This document shows, in pieces, positions 58,109 through 62,718 of a stretch of DNA of 62,718 bases. The notes below the pieces were generated by a model. The model worked only from the letters and a program-made list of their open reading frames with translations, made no database searches and had not been told where the DNA came from. Source of the DNA: a virus; the IMG/VR virus record IMGVR_UViG_3300028901_000105, positions 1-62,718 of that record; one strand, 5' to 3'. The number at the start of each line of letters is the position of its first letter. Position 1 is the first letter of the stretch. The translations under genes and the position numbers were made by a program.

Positions 58109-58543
58109 ATGAAAAGACTCCTGTTGGTGCTAATCGGACTGCTGTTGTTGGCACTGCCCGTACAGGCACAGGATGCACCGCTAACCCCTGACCAGATTCG
58201 GGCGCTGGTGTTGAATACGCTGCCCGGTGGGGTGGGGCTGTCGCTAGATGTGTATTACACCCGCGAAGTCCGCGAAACCGTTGCTGGTGAAATCGCTCTT
58301 GGAACGGCGGTCACCTTTAACGCAACCGCAGAACTGGCAATCGGGCAGGTTGGCACAACCAGCGGTGTGATTGTGGGCTACATCTTCGCCTCGCCATCCA
58401 ACACCATTCCTGCTTCACTGACCGGAGCATTCAACCGGGCGGATTGGGCAACGGTGCGTTACATCATCCGCTTCACCCGCGCACCGGGAAACCTCCACTT
58501 GGATGAAGTCGCGCTGGACGCTGACCAGTTTCAGGTTGTTTAA
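58109..58543 (+). CDS. Secreted hypothetical protein
   Basis: Start after GGAGG. Signal peptide MKRLLLVLIGLLLLALPVQAQ. Confidence 0.6.
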   Translation: MKRLLLVLIGLLLLALPVQAQDAPLTPDQIRALVLNTLPGGVGLSLDVYYTREVRETVAGEIALGTAVTFNATAELAIGQVGTTSGVIVGYIFASPSNTIPASLTGAFNRADWATVRYIIRFTRAPGNLHLDEVALDADQFQVV

Positions 58544-58990
58544 ATGCCCACCCTGCGCGAACTCCTCCAATCCACCTTAACAGCAGATGCCACGCTGACC
58601 GCACTGCTGCCGGGTGGATTCATGGATGCCAACGACCTCCCGCAAGACAGCGGCGGCGCAGCCAGCGCCCCACGTCAAGGCGACGGGATACGCATCAATC
58701 CGTTTGGAATTATCCGGTATCGCGCAGGCAACCGCACACAGGCAGATGTTCCAAGCCTGCGTTCTGGGCAGCAGTCCATCGAAATCTATGTCTATGAGGA
58801 TGTGGGCTACGGCGTGATTGACGCGGCGATTGATCGACTCATCACGCTGCTGGACAACACATACCTGTACCCCACAGACCGCGCAATTGTCCATCTGCTC
58901 AACAGTTTCGAGTCAGAAGAAATCCCGGCTGAAGAATTTGGCAATGCGCCAAGCCGCTTCGTCCGGTTCCAAACCGTAAGCACACGCTAG
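58544..58990 (+). CDS. Tail terminator-like protein (DUF3168-like)
   Basis: 148 aa immediately upstream of the major tail gene. Confidence 0.45.
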   Translation: MPTLRELLQSTLTADATLTALLPGGFMDANDLPQDSGGAASAPRQGDGIRINPFGIIRYRAGNRTQADVPSLRSGQQSIEIYVYEDVGYGVIDAAIDRLITLLDNTYLYPTDRAIVHLLNSFESEEIPAEEFGNAPSRFVRFQTVSTR

Positions 58991-59003
58991 AGAGGAACGA
59001 CCA

Positions 59004-59609
59004 ATGGCTGTTTATTCTGAAGTGATCTACAACCCGACAGAGACGTGGATCGCCAAACTCAAAAACGACAACACCTATGAAACCCCGGTCAAGATCGACT
59101 ACTTGGGCAAGGTGTCCTTCACGGTCGAAGCCGACACCGACGAACTGATGTCAGGCGGCATGATCGTCGAAACCCTCGCCATCCCCAAGAAAAACACCGG
59201 GGAAATCACGATGGGTAAGCTCAATCTGGACGCGATGGCGGCCATGTGCAACTACCCAACGGGCGAGTATTACACCACGCCCAATCGGGTTTCCGTGCTC
59301 GACCTGCTCATGGGTGGTGAAGGATTGCCCTTCTTTGGCATGATCGTTGCCTACGCCTCCACGCTCGGCGCGAACGTGATGGTGGGCTTCCCCAAAGCCA
59401 AGCTGCAAACCGTCCCCGGATTCGATGTTGACCAAAACAAATTCCGCATTGGCAGCGCCAATTTCGATGCCATTGCCCCTTCAACCAGCGTTCGTAAAGC
59501 GGCGCGTTTCAAGTTAAACGAGACGGCTGCCACGATTGAAGCGTTCTATGCGGCGTCGGCAGGGAATTTCCTGTCGTACTTCAAAGCGCCGACCGATATG
59601 TTCGCCTAG
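59004..59609 (+). CDS. Major tail protein
   Basis: 201 aa. Located upstream of the chaperone pair and the tape measure gene. Confidence 0.6.
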   Translation: MAVYSEVIYNPTETWIAKLKNDNTYETPVKIDYLGKVSFTVEADTDELMSGGMIVETLAIPKKNTGEITMGKLNLDAMAAMCNYPTGEYYTTPNRVSVLDLLMGGEGLPFFGMIVAYASTLGANVMVGFPKAKLQTVPGFDVDQNKFRIGSANFDAIAPSTSVRKAARFKLNETAATIEAFYAASAGNFLSYFKAPTDMFA

Positions 59610-59618
59610 AGGTACACA

Positions 59619-60029
59619 ATGGCTTCATCCGCAAAAGACTTTCGCCGTATCGAAACACTCACTTTGCCATCCGGACTGCAAGTGGATGTCCACCCGATCA
59701 ACCTCCAACGGTTGGTCTTGACTGCCCCTGCGGGAACACTGCCTGACCCGATTACCAAGCGGGTGATGGACAGCCTCATCAAAGGGAAAAAGGTCAACCC
59801 GAAAGAGCAACCGGAGTGGACGCCTGACGATGTGCCGAAACTCAACCATCTGATGGAGATGGTGGTGAAGGCCGTCGTCGTTTCACCCGCGATTGTGGAT
59901 GCCCCGGACTATGAGCAAAACCAGATGGCGATTACGGATTTGCAGGATGCGGAAATCAACCAAATTTTCGCATGGGCTATGCCGGGGGTGAACGCGGAAA
60001 TCAACGCCGCGATCACGTTTCAGCAGTGA
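59619..60029 (+). CDS. Tail assembly chaperone (gpG-like)
   Basis: 136 aa, acidic. Lies between the major tail and tape measure genes. Confidence 0.6.
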   Translation: MASSAKDFRRIETLTLPSGLQVDVHPINLQRLVLTAPAGTLPDPITKRVMDSLIKGKKVNPKEQPEWTPDDVPKLNHLMEMVVKAVVVSPAIVDAPDYEQNQMAITDLQDAEINQIFAWAMPGVNAEINAAITFQQ

Positions 60030-60318
60030 TCTTTACCAAGTCTATGCGCTCTACGAACGCTGCGTCGATTTTGGGCTGAATCCCTCTGACGAGTTTGGGC
60101 TGACCGAAGAATGGGTTCGCTACTGCTTCAACAATGCCGTATGGCAGTTCGGGCGAACCGTCCGCAACAAACTTGACGAGTTTGATGTGAACAAGGCAAC
60201 CGGCGAACGCAAGCGCAAGTGGACGCTTGAACAGATTTTGGAAGGCTACGCCTTCGGGCGGCTTCAGCAAATGAGTGCCGCGTTCCTGCTGAGTGGACAA
60301 GGCTCAATGGATATTTAG
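59992..60318 (+). CDS. Start-less +1-frame extension of the chaperone (gpGT-like frameshift product)
   Basis: Frame 1 is open from 59992 to the TAG at 60316-60318, with no ATG/GTG/TTG near its 5' end. It overlaps the last 38 nt of the chaperone gene. Confidence 0.5.
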   Translation, partial: TRKSTPRSRFSSDLYQVYALYERCVDFGLNPSDEFGLTEEWVRYCFNNAVWQFGRTVRNKLDEFDVNKATGERKRKWTLEQILEGYAFGRLQQMSAAFLLSGQGSMDI

Positions 60319-62718
60319 ATGCCTCCAAACCGCGATCCCGCCACCGGGCGCTTTATATCAAGCGGCGGTGGTACACAGCTAGGCAATGCTTACGGTGTCA
60401 TCACGATTGACACCAGCGGCATTGACGCGGCTATTGACCGGGCGGTCAGCGCGGTTGGGCGGATTCCCGGTGCAATACAACCGGGCATTGATAAGCTGCT
60501 GGATTCGGTCGGCACTATCGCAGGCAACCTCACCGCGCTCACTGCGCCGCTGATGGTGGCAGGTGGGGCAGGGGTTAAAGCGGCAGCAGACTTCGATGTA
60601 CTGCTCACGCAAATTGAAGTGTTCGGCAATGTCGCCCCTGACCAGATGGAAAAGGTGCGTCAGTACGCGCTGCAAATGGGCGCGGATACCAAGTTCGCGT
60701 CATCGGATGCTGCCTCTGCCATGCTCGATCTGCTGAAATCCGGGCAATCGCTAGAACAGGCAATGGCAACCCTGCCAGAAGTCCTGAATCTGGCAGCAGC
60801 AGGCGAGATCGGGCTGGCAGAAGCAGCGGGCATCGTCTCATCTGGTTTGGCAGTCTTCAAGCTGGGCGCGGAAGATGCTGCGCGGGTATCCAATGCGCTT
60901 GCACAGGCGGCGAACGCCAGCCGTGCGGACGTGCGCGGACTAGGGCAAGCGCTGAACAACGTCGGGCCAGTCGCTGCACAATTTAATCTCAGCATCGAAG
61001 ATACAGCGGCGGTGTTAGGCGTGTTCGCCCAAAACGGTATCATGGGGGCTGAAGCCGGAACACAGCTTCGCTCGATGCTCTTGAATATGTCCGAGCAGAC
61101 GCCCAAGACGAAGGCGGCATGGGATGAACTAAACATCTCCATGTACGACAGTCAGGGCAACATGCGCGATTTCAACACCATCATCAAGGAGTTGGATACC
61201 GCGCTCGACAGACTCCCGGTAGAAGATCAAAACCGCCTGATGGCGCAACTCGGCGGTTCATACGGTATCGTCGGTTTGTCAGCACTCCGCGCAGCGGGCG
61301 GTATCGACAGTATGCGGGCGTCAATGGCCGAAGCCCCCGAAGCGGCCAGCATTGCAGAACGGTTCATGGAAACCTTCAAGGGCAAGGTCGAGTCCCTCAT
61401 GGGGTCAATTGAAACCCTGCAAATCACAGCGCTGACCCCCTTCATGAATGATTTCCTCGCGCCGCTGGCAGATCGTGTGATTGAGGTCGTCAACGCAACC
61501 ACCCAATGGGTTGAAGCCAATCAGCCAATCGCCCAAACCATCATTCGCATTATTGCGGTCGTAGGGGCGCTTGCCCCGATTATTTGGGGCGCAACCAAAG
61601 CCATACAGTCGGTTATTTCCGTATTTCGGGCATTAGGGACAATTATCACTTTGGCTACTTCTAGCTGGATTGTTCCCTTAATCGCCGCGATTGCCGGGTT
61701 GGTGTGGGCATTCCAGAACAACTTTTTGGGCATCCGGGATTTCTTGCAGCCCATCATCGACAACATTGTGGGTGGATTCCAAACCCTTTTCGGGGTGTTA
61801 GGCAACCTCGGCAACATTGTGGATACGCAGGGCATTGGCGCGGCAATTGATTACATCCTGAACGCCTTTGCTCAAATGTTTGGCCTCGTGGATTCGGGCG
61901 ATTTCCTTGAACCACTGCGGGGATTTGGCGATGGCATTGTAGGCGCGTTCCTGTCGGTTGTCAGCTTCATTCAAGCCAATGTGCTGCCCGTTCTCCAGCA
62001 GGTGGGGGATTGGTTTATCAACACCGCACTGCCCGCTATCATCACCTTCGTGACGACGGTGGCTATCCCGGCGATTGGGTCATTCTTCAACTTTTTGGGG
62101 CAGGCGTGGGCGGTCATCGGGCCAGCCTTGTTTGCAATCGCCGACTGGTTTATCAATACTGCGCTACCGTTCATTGTGTCCTACATTCAAACGGTTGTCG
62201 TTCCCGCTTTTCAGGGGTGGTTTAATTTCTTAGGCCAAGTGTGGGCAATCATTGGCCCCGCGCTGGCCTCGCTTTATGACTGGTTCGTCACGACGGCACT
62301 CCCCGCGATTGTCACTTACATCACGGATACCGTTGTTCCGGGTGTACAAACCTTTATTGACCAGTTGGTGAACTTCTGGACAAACATCCAACCAACCCTG
62401 CAAAGCGTTTATGACTGGTTTATCACAACGGGATTGCCCGCAATCGTTACGTTTATCACCGATACGGTTGTGCCGGGCGTACAAGATTTCATTGATTTGG
62501 TGGTGGGCATTTGGGAGGACATTCAGCCCACACTCCAAAGTGTTTATGACTGGTTTATCACGAGTGGGCTTCCTGCCATCAGTGACTTTATTACGCTGAC
62601 GGTCGTTCCTTCGGTGCAATCGTTTATCGACAAGGTGACTGCCATTTGGACATTGGTCGAGCCGGGATTGACCAGCCTCAAAAATGGCATGAGTGCGGTG
62701 TTTGACTGGATCAACACC
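60319..62718 (+). CDS. Tape measure protein (N-terminal 800 codons; continues at 1..546)
   Basis: No stop before the window end. The core ADTKFASSDAASAMLDLLKSGQSLEQAM...LGQALNNVGPVAAQFNLSIEDTAAVLGVFAQNGIMGAEAGTQLRSMLLNM matches the TP901-type tape measure core. Confidence 0.9.
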   Translation, partial: MPPNRDPATGRFISSGGGTQLGNAYGVITIDTSGIDAAIDRAVSAVGRIPGAIQPGIDKLLDSVGTIAGNLTALTAPLMVAGGAGVKAAADFDVLLTQIEVFGNVAPDQMEKVRQYALQMGADTKFASSDAASAMLDLLKSGQSLEQAMATLPEVLNLAAAGEIGLAEAAGIVSSGLAVFKLGAEDAARVSNALAQAANASRADVRGLGQALNNVGPVAAQFNLSIEDTAAVLGVFAQNGIMGAEAGTQLRSMLLNMSEQTPKTKAAWDELNISMYDSQGNMRDFNTIIKELDTALDRLPVEDQNRLMAQLGGSYGIVGLSALRAAGGIDSMRASMAEAPEAASIAERFMETFKGKVESLMGSIETLQITALTPFMNDFLAPLADRVIEVVNATTQWVEANQPIAQTIIRIIAVVGALAPIIWGATKAIQSVISVFRALGTIITLATSSWIVPLIAAIAGLVWAFQNNFLGIRDFLQPIIDNIVGGFQTLFGVLGNLGNIVDTQGIGAAIDYILNAFAQMFGLVDSGDFLEPLRGFGDGIVGAFLSVVSFIQANVLPVLQQVGDWFINTALPAIITFVTTVAIPAIGSFFNFLGQAWAVIGPALFAIADWFINTALPFIVSYIQTVVVPAFQGWFNFLGQVWAIIGPALASLYDWFVTTALPAIVTYITDTVVPGVQTFIDQLVNFWTNIQPTLQSVYDWFITTGLPAIVTFITDTVVPGVQDFIDLVVGIWEDIQPTLQSVYDWFITSGLPAISDFITLTVVPSVQSFIDKVTAIWTLVEPGLTSLKNGMSAVFDWINT
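62008..62682 (+). repeat. Five tandem 135-bp (45-aa) repeats in the tape measure gene
   Basis: ga(c/t)tggtt(t/c) units start at 62008, 62143, 62278, 62413 and 62548. The peptide unit is DWFI.T.LPAI..FIT.TVVP.VQ.F... Confidence 0.85.
62578..62718. repeat. Terminal overlap; identical to 1-141
   Basis: See feature 1..141. Confidence 0.95.

Noticed and set aside
60379-62619. Several minus-strand ORFs (for example 60660..61142, 61521..61835, 62230..62619) and the short plus ORFs 62010..62225 and 62411..62599
   Set aside because: All lie within the tape measure gene, either antisense or out of frame. The tape measure frame carries a recognisable conserved core and periodic repeats.

Overview
The window is a complete, circularly closed tailed-phage genome of about 62.6 kb, siphovirus-like. 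Bases 1-141 repeat exactly at 62578-62718, and the tape measure gene runs across that junction, so there are no host flanks. Layout: (1) A rightward late block runs from 41.5 kb through the junction to 5.8 kb. It holds small and large terminase, portal, Mu-F-like head protein, protease-scaffold, capsid, connectors, major tail, a chaperone with a +1-frame extension, tape measure and Dit/Tal-like tail tip. Four sugar-modifying enzymes, two LamG proteins and secreted moron-like genes are interleaved with these. (2) A tyrosine recombinase (-) is followed by a rightward lysis cassette. (3) A 750-bp ORF-free, promoter-driven structured-RNA locus ends in a tRNA-like element. (4) A long leftward early block holds a fusion protein carrying only MutS domain I, DnaG, DnaB, an initiator with internal iterons, a RecT/Redbeta-like annealase and a protein with an SSB-type DIPF tail. 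(5) A rightward block holds RHH-like proteins, T5orf172, a PolX-like protein, an opposed MerR-like gene, a ParM/ParR-like pair and a HerA-like ATPase. (6) A leftward operon holds a Vsr/DUF559-like nuclease and a UvrD-like helicase. (7) Three paralogous HNH genes, a second odd tRNA-like gene, a promoter/terminator-bounded ~210-nt RNA and an HslV-like peptidase complete the genome. The most notable signals are: three near-identical consensus sigma70-type promoters with a 19-bp perfect palindrome in the spacer, which co-drive the MutS-I fusion and the Vsr/UvrD operon; a short palindrome TTTCGCC-N4-GGCGAAA present 6-7 times, mostly in one reading frame (S-P-x-G-E) of unrelated genes; a second promoter family (GAAC-N4-GTGC-TAnAnT) driving the RNAs and two late leaders; and a capsid-embedded glycosylation cluster. 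All functional calls are from motif recognition by eye; no searches were run.
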